A DNA stretch of 63,984 nucleotides, counting the filler, from Lenisia limosa (Eukaryota > Protista > Breviatea), in the NCBI GenBank assembly GCA_001655205.1. It is 17 parts of 17 records of this genome, joined end to end, with 100 filler letters (N's around TTAATTAATTAA, not from the genome) between each part and the next. Parts side by side here need not be neighbours in the genome. Positions count along the whole stretch, not along the records: positions 26,428 to 30,653 come from LPNZ01003239.1; positions 30,754 to 32,252 come from LPNZ01009005.1; positions 32,353 to 42,095 come from LPNZ01006463.1; 14 more parts are not named here. One strand, written 5' to 3'. The notes under the pieces are model-generated. The model was given only the letters and a program-made list of their open reading frames with translations. It searched no databases and was not told where the DNA came from. Positions 27,889 to 40,059 of the stretch are shown in pieces. The position numbers were made by a program, and so were the translations under genes. Position 1 is the first letter of the stretch; each line of letters begins with the position of its first letter.

Positions 27889-29040
27889 AGCGTTATCTGT
27901 CTGTTGCATTGTGTATGTATCAAATAGCTAATTTACAAAATAACCACAGTACTTCAAGTCTGTAAACCAAATTAACCAAAGTACTTCAAGTCTGTAAAAC
28001 CAAATAGAGATGAGAAGAAAATACCTAACGCAGTCGATATGGTAAATTCAAAATTCAGTAATTCAGTTATGATATTTGCTGGAAAATTTCTGTGAAATTT
28101 CTGAGAATAAGATAATATTGCGATAATAAGTGAATAAGCTTGGAATAATTAGCATCCCAATGTCCCATGCAATCCCAATGCCATCAAGGAGGTGACTCCT
28201 CCTCGAGATCGGTCGCCAAATGGATCATAGCCAACCATGGTTTAGCTCATGCATTAGGTTAAATGTAAAAGTACGGCTTTCATATATTAGATAGCTACAT
28301 TAATTAATTTTTAAACCAGTGATTCAGCAGATATACTTGAAGCAAGCTCACAGCACCAAGTCCGTCAGCTTGATCTTTCTAAATCCGTATTAAAAATAGA
28401 CTAGAAGCTATTTCCCCTAATTTTGTTGATTTTAATAATTTAATTCACTTTTTTATCTTTCTAACATAAATTACAATACTATTGCATTTGGCGACATTTG
28501 ACTCAGTTTTTTTTTTTGATTCCAGCCTTTTTGACTATCGGCTTCTGTTAGCGCTAGTAGTTGGACGCGCGAGTGATATTCTGGCTGGGTTTGTGAACAG
28601 CACAGACTCAAGCGCGTCATCATGCAGTTCCGCTTCCTTCTGTTTATGGCGCTGGTCTCCGGTAGGAACGAGTGTAACTGAAAATATTTAGAAAATATTA
28701 ACTGTATTCATAGAAATATACTTGATTTCTCATCTGTAACATGAAGGGCAAAAACAATTGCTTACTTAATTGCTCTCCTCACCTTCTCCAGCCGTATTTT
28801 CAACATGTGTCCTTTTGCAATGTGACACTGATCCCGGTTTGTGGGTTTCTTTGACCTTCGGATAGCATGACAACATCCCCTTAATTCATATCTACGTCAA
28901 AATAAAGCTGTTTGTTTGTAATCTACCATCATATGCCACGATACATAGTTTAAATGGTTTTGACCAGGAAAGTGAACAGGCAGGATCAACCATTAATTCG
29001 TACCGCATTTGATGCAGTTAATAGACATGTCACAGTCCAG

Positions 29041-30625
29041 GTCTCAGTAGTCTGAGTGAGTCATCATTGACGGTGACTGCAGGGCAAAACGCCTCTTTCG
29101 TCATTTTCGCTGCTAATGGCCTTGGGACCAGGCAGACCTCTGGCGGCGACAATATCACTGAACCTGTGGGGGGGGGGGGGGGNNNNNNNNNNNNNNNNNN
29201 NNNNNNNNNNNNNNNNNNNNNNNNNNNNNNNNNNNNNNNNNNNNNNNNNNNNNNNNNNNNNNNNNNNNNNNNNNNNNNNNNNNNNNNNNNNNNNNNNNNN
29301 NNNNNNNNNNNNNNNNNNNNNNNNNNNNNNNNNNNNNNNNNNNNNNNNNNNNNNNNNNNNNNNNNNNNNNNNNNNNNNNNNNNNNNNNNNNNNNNNNNNN
29401 NNNNNNNNNNNNNNNNNNNNNNNNNNNNNNNNNNNNNNNNNNNNNNNNNNNNTGAAAGACAACTCCGACGGGTCCTACACCGTGTCTCTTGGGACTTCTG
29501 TTTCGGGCAGTGAGGGGCTTCATGCATTATCGAGTTTACCAGGATCAGGGCAGGGGGTGAACCTCTGTTATTTTTATTGTCTTATTAACGCAGGATATGA
29601 GATGGCCTGGTCCATCAATGGTACCAATTTCCCGGTCTTTGTTTTGAGCGTTCGGCCACTCCAAGTAAGTCATTATGAGGCGATATATTGAGTAATCCCG
29701 AAGCGTGAGAGATACTTTTTAATACTCCTTTTTCATTTACTTCATTGGGTATGAGGAGGGTATCCTGATAACTGTGTAGTTAACATAAAAGGTTGTAAGA
29801 AATGTTTAAACATATTCAATGAACTTTGGAGACATGTTTCTAATGGAACAAGATATAATAAGTAAAATCATAAATAAAACAAATAAAACAATACCATAAT
29901 TTAAAGCGTTGAGAAGCCTGTGGAATGGGTGTAGGTCTGCTTCATACTTATTTCTTATTAGCGTGATGTGGTGGTGTGGACGGCTTCCACCTTTATTGTT
30001 ATTTGTTCCCCATTCATTAATGTACAGGGCTGCTGCTCCTTAAAAACCATTTTACAGTCTTCACGGCCTAGATTGCTACCAACGCGACTTTGACCCTCAG
30101 TCTCAGCGACAAGTTCCAAATCAATGGCAATATTCAGGTCTGTTAAAACGATAACAAAGCCCTTTGCTTACCATTCAAGTAGCTTTTTCACCCTAATTAT
30201 CACCTCTATTATTGTAATTGGTGGCCAGACGTAAACTGTTTCTCATGTCGCCACCTGCAGTTATCCTCCCCTACCCCAGGCAGTCGAGGCTCTTGGTAAC
30301 CCCATCGAGTCCTTTGCTCGGACTTTTGTGATTGAAGTGCAGCGGTCCGGCCTGGCACCAGTCACGCTGGACTTCGACACACTCTTGGCCCAAGGCGTTT
30401 TCGTAGGTGCTGGCATGATGTTTTGCACACGATGTGTTCCATGAAGCTGTAGATGTAAACATATAAGCCCTTTGCTTTGTTTTATCACACCACGTGGCAT
30501 TCATACTTTAGGATGGCACTGTGGAGCGAATGTTCATCCCTGGCTCTCAGGACCTCTCAATCCAACCAGACACCCCCGGCAATTACACGGTTTCTGTTTA
30601 TGGCCTCACCATATCGGGCACAAAG
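29041..30625 (+). CDS. Filamin/Ig-like repeat protein, probably extracellular (partial)
   Basis: TAGQNASFVIFAANGLGTRQTSGGDNIT..LKDNSDGSYTVS..YEMAWSINGTNFP matches the filamin/ABP280 repeat (G..asF.v.a.d..G....GGD..DnxDGtY.V..Y.i.v..nG). Further beta-rich exons run to 30625, with several N-x-S/T sequons. Confidence 0.7.
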
Positions 30626-30819
30626 GTAGGTAGGTAGTCATGGGGGGGGGGGGNNNNNNNNNNNNNNNNNNNNNNNNNNNNNNNNNNNNNNNNNNNNTTA
30701 ATTAATTAANNNNNNNNNNNNNNNNNNNNNNNNNNNNNNNNNNNNNNNNNNNNAGAGTTGATTTTGGGCTCTTTTTGTTTGTTACTAATTTTCCAATTTC
30801 ACCTCTCCCTCCCCCACAG

Positions 30820-32239
30820 CAAACGTCAGCGCAGTAGTAGCCCATCACAGTCTGCCATTCGTCCTGTCCGCGAGCGAGGACGGACAAGTCGGCTTCTTCT
30901 CGACCTCCAACTTCCAGCCGATTCAGATGCGCCCCATGCAGTTGAGTGTAGGCCGAGAAATTCAGACTTTTTCGAACCAAAGTGAAGTTTTACCGCCTAT
31001 CTCATTCCTATGTAGCGAGTTTGGACGTTAGCCCTCCATTCCGAGGCAAATGACCTGGCAATTGGATGTGACAGCGGTTTTACCGTCATCCAAGTGGGGC
31101 CTGGGGGCGGGGGTCGATATGTGATATGTATATTGTTCTTTTTTCTTCTTCACAGAAGTGTATGTGTAGATATTGTCTGCTATGTTTGTTTTTTTTCTTT
31201 TTTTGTGTGGAGTTTTCTTGGACCTGGGGGAAATAATTGAGAATATTGTTCAAGACTTATCCTGGTCACTGTATCTAGTATCTAGGTGTAGGTGCGGGGA
31301 ATGGGGAGGTAATATTATAAGACATATTAAGTTTCACCCAATTTACCCCCCCCCCCCCCCNNNNNNNNNNNNNNNNNNNNNNNNNNNNNNNNNNNNNNNN
31401 NNNNNNNNNNNNNNNNNNNNNNNNNNNNNNNNNNNNNNNNNNNNNNNNNNNNNNNNNNNNNNNNNNAATCGTCTTTGCAAACAATTACTCTGTAAGTGGG
31501 CCGATTCTTCTTCTTCTTCTTCTTCTTCTTCTTTTTCTTTTTCTTTTTCTTTTTCTTTTTCTTTTTCATCTGTTTGGTGTCTAAGACCTTTAGTCTTCAT
31601 CGCGTTACCAGTTTTCCTCATCGGAATTGCTTCTTCACCTCAATTTTCTTCGTTTACACTATTCTCCATTGCAATTTCCTTTGATTTTCTTTGTTTTGTT
31701 GTTTTCAACCCTCTTTGAGGATTTTGGGCTTTATTTTTTCATAACTTTCCTTCATTTTACTCCCCCAGATCAAGGCTGCCAATCTGCGCACTATTGATGA
31801 TGATGTTCAAGATGGCCGACCTTTGGTGGGGGTGGGATGTCATTGTATTTTGAAATGCGAAGGTACATACATGCACAGCATATCAGATCATGGCATGTCA
31901 ACTGTACTTAAATTGGAGGAGNNNNNNNNNNNNNNNNNNNNNNNNNNNNNNNNNNNNNNNNNNNNNNNNNNNNNNNNNNNNNNNNNNNNNNNNNNNNNNN
32001 NNNNNNNNNNNNAGCAGTGACTGGCCTGGGCTTTGTTGTTTTCAACCCTCGCGTGTTGTCAGCCAACAGAGTTGTTTGGCTTTCTTTGTTTCATAAATAT
32101 TCCATTTTTTGATTAGTATTCGCTAATATTCATCGAAGTTTCCTTTGTTTAACTCGCCCTCCCCTCAGACGATCCCAACAAAAGACCTCGGCACCTGTGA
32201 AATGTACCCCAACTCCCTGACTCACAGCTCAAACGGACG
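30820..32239 (+). CDS. COPB2: Coatomer subunit beta' (Sec27), internal exons
   Basis: NVSAVVAHHSLPFVLSASEDGQV, RVWTLALHSEANDLAIGCDSGFTVIQ, IKAANLRTIDDDVQDGRPL and KDLGTCEMYPNSLTHSSNGR match, in order, the beta'-COP motifs NVS..HP.LP.I.TGSEDGTV, RVW..A..N..AIG.DEG and KD(M/L)G.CE.YP....H..NGR. Confidence 0.9.
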
Positions 32240-34759
32240 GTGGGGGGGGGGGNNNNNNNNNNNNNNNNNNNNNNNNNNNNNNNNNNNNNNNNNNNNTTAA
32301 TTAATTAANNNNNNNNNNNNNNNNNNNNNNNNNNNNNNNNNNNNNNNNNNNNCCTCTTCTGTGACCGCAAAAAAAAGTGATCCGCATCTTCTCCACTGAT
32401 CCGCATTTTGACCCATCACATACATATAGCTATATATTACTACCACTAAGGAAGAGTTGTCTCAAAAAACAACTGAATGCAAAAATACACGATTTATCTG
32501 TAAAAGTGTGGTTAAGTATTGGCTACGATGAGCACATGGTCTTCTCCCCGACTAAAAAGATCCATCATCCTAGGTATTTCCTAATATGATAGTCTTTAAT
32601 ATTTATAATACTAATAATTATATAAAAAATATGATATCATACATGTGTACAGTGACCGTGTGAAATTGACCGAAATGTCATTCCTGTAGGGATCGGGTTT
32701 TAGACCTTTCAACCATTTTGAAAGTGACTTTAGATGCAGACCCCTCATTTATGTTTTCAGACAAATTTTGATTAGTTATGAAATAAGTGAATGGATTCAC
32801 TAAATTATGTAAAATATATTCATTTTAGTGAAATTTAGATTAAAGCTGCTGCACAGCGATTGGAGGGAATTGAATCAATCAACTTTTTGACTTCTTCCAA
32901 CATACAGGTCTTTATTACACCCATTTCATTTTGGCGTCTGGCTTGGTTGGCTGAGATGAGTTTGTCACATAGCTCCATTTCGTTTCCCACTCTTTCTTAT
33001 TAGGGCCGAGATTTTGACTTTTTGTTTTCAAAATGGGGCTTCAATTTTGTGTTTACGTTTCATTTTAAAAACAGTGCCCAATGTGGACCGGTGGTATATT
33101 AGAGGTAATGCGAAGACAATTCTCCCTAAACTTTGTGTAAGTTATATTTGGTACCAGTTTTGTATTAGTTGAACAACTTGCTCCTACTAGAAACCCCGAA
33201 TCTGTAGTACTTAAAAAGCGGCTTTGTACCCCTATTTTTACACTATTGTCTGCCAAATTGAGAACCCTTTTCGAAAATGATTCATTCTTGTAGTTTTTGA
33301 GCGAAGTATATGATATTTCCACACACTTAGAACTTTCTATTTGAAAGGAAAAGTGGTTAAAAAAACAGAATAGCGCGAAAACGGGTGAGGGCCTTCTTTT
33401 GTTCAAAAATCAGGGCTAGGACTTCCCCCTTTTTCTCACCAGTCTCCTCACACTCATTCTTTGTTTGACTTTTACATATGATCATATGTCTTTCTTGTTT
33501 AATTATTATGTTTTACCATTTTACTAACTTTTTAGCCAATCATTTCGGCAATAATCAAATCTGTACCTGTGGTGCTCTGCTCATCTCCAAAACAGTTAGA
33601 ATTTTGTTGCTACCCTCAGTCGGCAAAAAGCTACTCTTTTTGTACAAGCGCTGTCGCTCTTCATTTCTGGCTCTTGGGATCGTGGCAGTATTAGAGTTTG
33701 TTCTTGGTTTCCTTTTCCTTTAGCAAAAAGGGATTTTTTCAACTTTAAACTCGTGAGTCGTTCGTTATCTTATAAAGATTGTTTGTCCGGATACCATTCC
33801 AATCACAAAATTTATTAAAAATCATGCACTTGTTGTGGATTTTGGAGTGAACTTATCATTGAAAAACTCAGTCCCATCATCAAAGCAAGTTATTTCCAAA
33901 TAGCTTTCATTTAGAGTGAAAATTGGGTCACTTCAAAATTATTAAAAGGAAGGCATTGGCCGTCAAGTTCATCTTTTCTCATAAATATATTTGCGGTATC
34001 TCTTTATTATAATTTTGGAGCTCTACGGTCTTGGGGAATTAAGTTTACTCAAATATTATCATGATAACCTTGTGATTTTTTTATTATTAAGTTATCAGAT
34101 TCTCAAACGCGCTATGAGGATTTTTCCCAACACTGTCAGCATACCTTCAAATAATTGGCTTTCTTCTGCATTAGTTTGAAATATGTTTTTGTAATCACAG
34201 AGATTCGCCTTTTCAGATTTATATACCTTATCCGGTAGCCTCGTTGCTGAAATTTGTGGGAATACTGATTCCAAGTTTTTGTCTGATAGGACGGTAGTTT
34301 TTTTTGTTGGTTTATAACCGAAACATATCAGATATCAATACCGCCTTCATGTACATATTGTAATAAGGTTAAAACCACGAACAACAAAAAATGGGGCTAT
34401 TCTTTCAATTTTCGACAAAGTGTGATCTTAAAGTTATGGTCAGAGAAGCAGTTGCAACCCCCCCCCCCCACCTTGGGCGATCGAGCGNNNNNNNNNNNNN
34501 NNNNNNNNNNNNNNNNNNNNNNNNNNNNNNNNNNNNNNNNNNNNNNNNNNNNNNNNNNNNNNNNNNNNNNNNNNNNNNNNNNNNNNNNNNNNNNNNNNNN
34601 NNNNNNNNNNNNNNNNNNNNNNNNNNNNNNNNNNNNNNNNNNNNNNNNNNNNNNNNNGTTTCTTGTTTTGAGACTAACCATCTTTATCTAAATCGTATCA
34701 CAGTCTCTTTACATTAATCACTTTGTTTTTGATTTCCAAGGGCGTCTTCGCTGAGGCTT

Positions 34760-35099
34760 TGGCTTATGCTTCCTCTTCAGTTGCTTCACCTGCTTCCTAC
34801 GATACAGATCCTCTCTTCCCCTTTCCTGAAGATGAGAATCGTTACAACAATGGCAAAGTTTGGTATTTCTAAGTCGACATAGCGTATTATAACAACCACC
34901 CTCTTGAAGGGTACACAAAGTACTCTATCCACCATGTCTTCACCATATCGCCCATGCGGCAGATTCCGTAGTACCCTGCCAGGTAAATAACTCGGATGAG
35001 GATGTTTTTCTTCTTATTGGAGCCAGTACTCGCAGTTGCTCTTAGAGCAGTTGAGGAAATAATCCCAATCAGAATTCTTTTAAATTGACTTAAATGCAA
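34760..35099 (-). mobile_element. Degenerate tyrosine-recombinase fragment (box I region)
   Basis: NILIRVIYLAGYYGICRMGDMV resembles YR box I and closely parallels the copy at ~40092 (NILIHLSAFFATARMGDFL). Downstream frames are broken. Confidence 0.5.
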
Positions 35100-35214
35100 G
35101 CGCTACTCTGAGTTGAGAGTAACATCCTTTTTTTTCCTAAGTACTACATTCATGATTTCTGGAAGCAAATGGAGGAAAAACTGAAAACAGGAAAGTATAT
35201 TATGTTCCCGAGGG

Positions 35215-35336
35215 GGTATGGCATTCCAGGATTTCCGCGGTTGTTTTGCGGAGGTTCCTCGGTTCTCACTCAGCTTTGCCTCGTTCGTCCCTTGGAACCT
35301 CCTTAAAACAACCGCGGAAATCCCGAATGCCATATC
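35215..35336. repeat. ~122-bp hairpin/MITE-like element with ~43-bp inverted arms
   Basis: GGTATGGCATTCCAGGATTTCCGCGGTTGTTTTGCGGAGGTTCC ... GGAACCTCCTTAAAACAACCGCGGAAATCCCGAATGCCATATC. Confidence 0.8.
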
Positions 35337-36149
35337 TCCGAGTGTCTGCGCGTCGAGGTGATATGAGCTTTCATAATCCCAAGGGAAATTGGAAAAGTCA
35401 TATTTTTTGGGAAATTCGTCATATTTTTTCAAATCGACAATATTATCAAACAAATATCATATTTTATGCTAATATCACAAGGGGGTGGTAATAAGGGAGG
35501 GGGAAAGAAAGGAATCTTTGGTGACACGTCATCGAAATGTCAAAAATATGATGCATATTACGCCCGAATATGGCAAATGTCCTATGTATAAATATGACGT
35601 TTTTCATATAGGTTGGTGTTTAAAACCGCAACATGATTAAAACGTGAACAAGCCAAAAATCGACATAAATCGCTTCAATAACACCCTTTTTAGCGTGAAA
35701 TTCGGCAGTTTTGAGTACTAGACTATTTATAACATCAAAACAAAGATATTTTGAGCAAAAGGAAAGAAAAAAAAGAGGAGATAAAAAAATAATTAAAAAA
35801 GATCTTTTGATCAGAATCGTCCCCCGGTGGGGGTCACCAAGTTTCCTTACGCGAAAATATTTTTTGAAACCCCCCTCTTTCAGAATAATAGCATTTTGGG
35901 CCTATTAAAGTGCCCCACTCTAGAAACGCAGATTTTTAAGGAGAATTCGAGTCTGAAGTCCATTTTTGGAGAAAATGTAGTGGTTTTAAGGGGTTTAAGT
36001 CAACTTTTGTAACGGTTTTTTCAAGAATTTTCCTTGTTCAGTCTCTATAATGGAGCCAATGGACGAAATAGACGTCTAATTAAAGTATATGCTGCGTCAA
36101 CAACCCATTGACCGTTCTGGAACGGCTTTATTAACATCTTTTATCATAT

Positions 36150-36790
36150 TTTCGCCCATTTATGGGTAATTTACGCTCACTTTTTGCCCGATTTGACTCG
36201 TATTCTCTACTTAAATGCCTCTAGGTTACTCAAGGGTGGAAATAATCCAATCTGATGGTACAAGAACGTCTTCACTTTATCGCAGGGACAATTCTAGGTC
36301 CATAATCAGTGTATTTCGAATGAAAAATTGAAGTACCATGAAGGTGGTATTTTGCATGTATGTTGATACCCCTGCCCCCACGAGCATACTTGTCATGTGC
36401 CTTTTTGATTTGCTCAGGTTCAAGTGAACCATGATGGCCGTCCTCCACTAGTATGTCAGTGTTTGTATGATATGTGTGTTCAATATTCAATGGTTTATCG
36501 GTTCTGATATCAATTTTAAAATCAAGAGATAAATGAGTCACTACAACTCACTGTTTTGATGAGTGAATAGAANNNNNNNNNNGAGCTGACCGTCCTACTT
36601 GTCATCAGTTCAAGACAATAGGAGATGAATTGGGTCACGTTGTATAAATTATCAATAAGTCACTAGCAGATAACCAACCTTTTTGACCGCTCAAGAGCAA
36701 CAACCCCTCTTATTCGAAGGTCTTCGTGCACTACACCGTTAAGACAATAGCCAAAGAATAACGTGACAGTTCACCTCAAACCTATCATCA
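36150..36790 (-). pseudogene. Possible pogo-like (DDE_1) transposase remnant
   Basis: Broken frames carry, in DDE_1 order, TVTLFFGYCLNG, SGQKGWLSASDL, ILVEDGHHGS and GTSIF...DYG....AIK (cf. RvTv.c..a.G, kGWmt, LLlDgHsSH, T..lQPlD.g...lK). The match is weak and interrupted by stops and a gap. Confidence 0.4.
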
Positions 36791-38099
36791 GCTGTAGATG
36801 GAACAAGTCACAGGTTTCGTGTGTGTCTGCGATTACCTACAACAGCGCATATCCCACACTCAGTGATCATATCACATCCCATATATCAATCCTCTGTGAG
36901 GTCACACCGTATGTTGGTCCACCCCCGGGAGTCTTTGGATGTTTGCTGGTTTCTTGCGGTCTCTCTGGGGGGAACTTGGCTTGGATGGCAGGTTACCCAG
37001 GCTTGACCTGAGTAGTTAAATAAAAAACTGAACTTCATTATTGTAGTCTTCTATTCAAGGTCTGAGCATTATGTACACTTGTTGAATATGGGAATCTGCC
37101 AAAACCACGCACCCCTTCTTTTGAACAGTTGGTGTTGGAAGTCCCAAAGAGGACATTCGTCTCGGTAACTGCTGTGGAAGGGGATCGTCTGCCGTGTTAT
37201 TGTCGTGTCCGAAAACGACGAGCATTGATCTTTCAATAACTTAATTAACCACTGAGCACATTTAACAAAACTCAAAGCTCACAAGTGCTGTTAAGGATGG
37301 AGGTTGAGAAGTTGGAGCGGAGAGGGGACGAAGTGGTCTGAATGTATCAAATCCGTTTTTCATAGCGAGAAACCTTCTGTTCAAACCACCAAGGAGACCT
37401 GCTGGACTGGCGCAATCCCTGGGCTAATGGGACTCACAGGACTGAAAAATGAAACAAAAGCANNNNNNNNNNGGACTATTCAAACAAGTTTGGAAAATGA
37501 TAACCAGAGAGAATGTAATGATTGCCATCACTCCTCACCGTGATGGTGTTGGAGTATTATTGGCTGACGATCGCGTGGACCTTGTTCCTCTGAAAGAAGT
37601 AAAACCTCAAGTGAAAACGTTCGGAATTATTAAGCTCATCCTCATACCCAGCCCGTTGGATCATATCCATGTTGCCTCGGCGCATGTGACTTGGCGTGGC
37701 TACACGCGATGCAGCTAAGGACGCCGCCGTCGGTAGTGACGGCTCAAAGAGATCTTTTATTGAGGAGGTCGTCAGCCTGGAGTTGGACCTGAATGGTGAA
37801 AACCTGTTATGCTTTATGCTAATACTCTAATGCTGATCTGAGATAATATAATAATAAGAACTGAGAAATTGAAAAACGCTAACAAGAAAATCACCTTCTA
37901 AGGAACGCTGTGAACTCGCCAAGAGTACGAATCCGACTGCTGCTTCCTGGACAATCAATCACCAAAAGAAATGNNNNNNNNNNNNNNNNNNNNNNNNNNN
38001 NNNNNNNNNNNNNNNNNNNNNNNNNNNNNNNNNNNNNNNNNNNNNNNNNNNNNNNNNNNNNNNNNNNNNNNNNNNNNNNNNNNNNNNNNNNNNNNNATT

Positions 38100-39300
38100 T
38101 TGGTGGTACTGAGCCACGCACCACTTCAGCTGAGGCCCCAACGAATATAACCCTGTATAAAGGAGTGTTTCGTTGCAGATTTTGAGGGCCTCAACCGATC
38201 CTTGGTTGGGTGACTTTGACCATTTTCCAATGCATATCGAGCCAGTGATGAGAAGTAGCTCGAAACAGATTGAGATGAAGTAACAGTTATCGAGACCTGA
38301 GCAATCCACATTTCAATCTGGGTACATTAGCCAATATTATTTGCCTACCTAACTCAGACCACCCAGTATCAAGACACTTCTTCTGATAGATCTTAGCGGC
38401 TCTACCATCTGTTTTCACAGTCGTGTTCCCTACATATCTGGCTTGCTCATCATGGTGGCGGAAGACAACTTCAAGGTAGTGAGACACCAGGATAATTTTA
38501 AAGTAAACAAAAGTTACAATCCTTGCAACAAGACAAACCAAGAAAACTGGTTGCAGACGGAGAACACAATGATCAGTCGCAAAGAGAGCGAAGTCCTTGA
38601 CAGAAGGTCGGAAGGAACTGCAAGGAGTAAATTAAGAATAAACAAGTAGGTACTGACTTTGGGTAATTGGTTTTTTTTGTATATCCTTGAATTGTAAGCG
38701 TTAGCATACGTACATGTGCACAATGAGCTTGCCAAACAGACTTTGCTGCATCCAATTTAACTACAAAACAAAATGCTACACTTCAGAGTAAGTGTACTGA
38801 TGAAAAACTACTCCCCCCCCTCCCCCTTACCCCCAATGAAGGAAAGAGTGGGCTTCATCCAGTACAACCGCAGCTGCAAGACCGCGGGTGACCAGACGGT
38901 AGTAAAGGGCCACGGCTGAGCGGAACTGCTCCGGTGCAAAGTAGACTAATTAGTCAGCCATTATCTTGAATATACCCAGAAACTAGTCGTCTTGTTACCA
39001 ACCAAGATTTACAACCGTCAGAGTGCTAAGGACTCCCTCCACCCCCCTTTCAGCTGGCTGAATTCGATAATAAACCATTATTTGACCAATGGTTTCAATG
39101 GAGGTAGGTTTTGTTTCCCCGTTACCACCTTTCCCTGGTGTTCCATATCGTGAACACGCTTTTTCATAGTTCTGGAATCGTGCCACAGAAGCTTTTGAAG
39201 CCCTTTTTGTTGTAGACAGTGGCAACCTGCTTTTATGAATGCTATCGGCCTCTTCTTCAACCTGCCCACGGTCTTGATGAGGAAGGACAGGTTCGCTTTG
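38100..39300 (-). pseudogene. RecQ-type SF2 helicase, spliced and decayed
   Basis: Exon 38831-38945 reads VYFAPEQFRSAVALYYRLVTRGLAAAVVLDEAHSFLHWG (RecQ motif II: YvtPE..VvDEAH..WG). Downstream frameshifted segments include VRMLTLT (motif III-like) and WSELGRQIILAN..VDCSGL (motif V-like). Confidence 0.7.
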
Positions 39301-39420
39301 GACTATGATCTGCAAATATATCTTTTCTATGTGTATGATATATAGTATATATGCATATATATATAATATAAGAAATGCCAAAACTTCAGCGTATTTGAGA
39401 TTTGTTGAGTCCCCATTTAC

Positions 39421-39590
39421 TGTCAAGTATTGTTGCAAATGGGTGGTGAAGACTCTTGATGAGGTTCTCACTGAACACCCTGATGCCTTCCCGGTGTCCT
39501 CTGCAGACGAGATCCATGACTACCAGAAGGAGGTGGTTGACCTACTCATTGAGAAGCGCCAAAACGTGGCAGCTGTTTTGCCTACTGGCT
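39421..39590 (+). pseudogene. RecQ-type helicase Q-motif/motif I segment in inverted orientation
   Basis: EIHDYQKEVVDLLIEKRQNVAAVLPTG corresponds to RecQ 'r.yQ.eai..il...dv.vvlPTG'. It lies on the strand opposite to the motif II exon. Confidence 0.65.
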
Positions 39591-40059
39591 CACTTATCAC
39601 CGTATTGCGGTTTCTGGTTAGGGGTTGCACCAATCACCATTGGTCACTGGTACCAGCTAAAACGCCCTCTAAAAGAAATATGTTCTGAATTACTAAACTA
39701 AAGACAAATCCGGGTAAAAAAGGAAGGTTATGAAAACTTCCAGGGTATAAAAGAAGTGAAATCGGAGTTAGACCCGCCGGCGAACAGGGAAGTTTTTTCC
39801 TATATTTAAGGTAAAACGTGGTATTATCAGAGTGATGAATTGATGAAAATATAGTCAAATCAAATGAGGAAACCTTCAACGGACTAACGGAACCTAAAAA
39901 TTACGTCACGAAAGAAAAAATACGGCATTATTGCGGCTGTCACAGTAGGTGGTGGTGCCTTAACAGGGTTTTTTCTTAACGGCATCCTTATCGCTGTTGG
40001 TGCTGCTCTTGGAATTTCATGTCAAAAAATCTCAGTGAAATTGAATAAATAAAAATAAA

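Noticed and set aside
31327-31684. Poly-Lys, KE-repeat and poly-Phe ORFs
   Set aside because: They come from a TTC/TTTTTC simple repeat in a COPB2 intron and span an N gap.
37060-38100. DIRS/Ngaro reverse transcriptase or RNase H next to the tyrosine recombinases
   Set aside because: No YxDD or TDAS-type motif was found by eye, and the adjacent coding remnants fit a RecQ helicase better. A frameshift-aware HMM search could overturn this.
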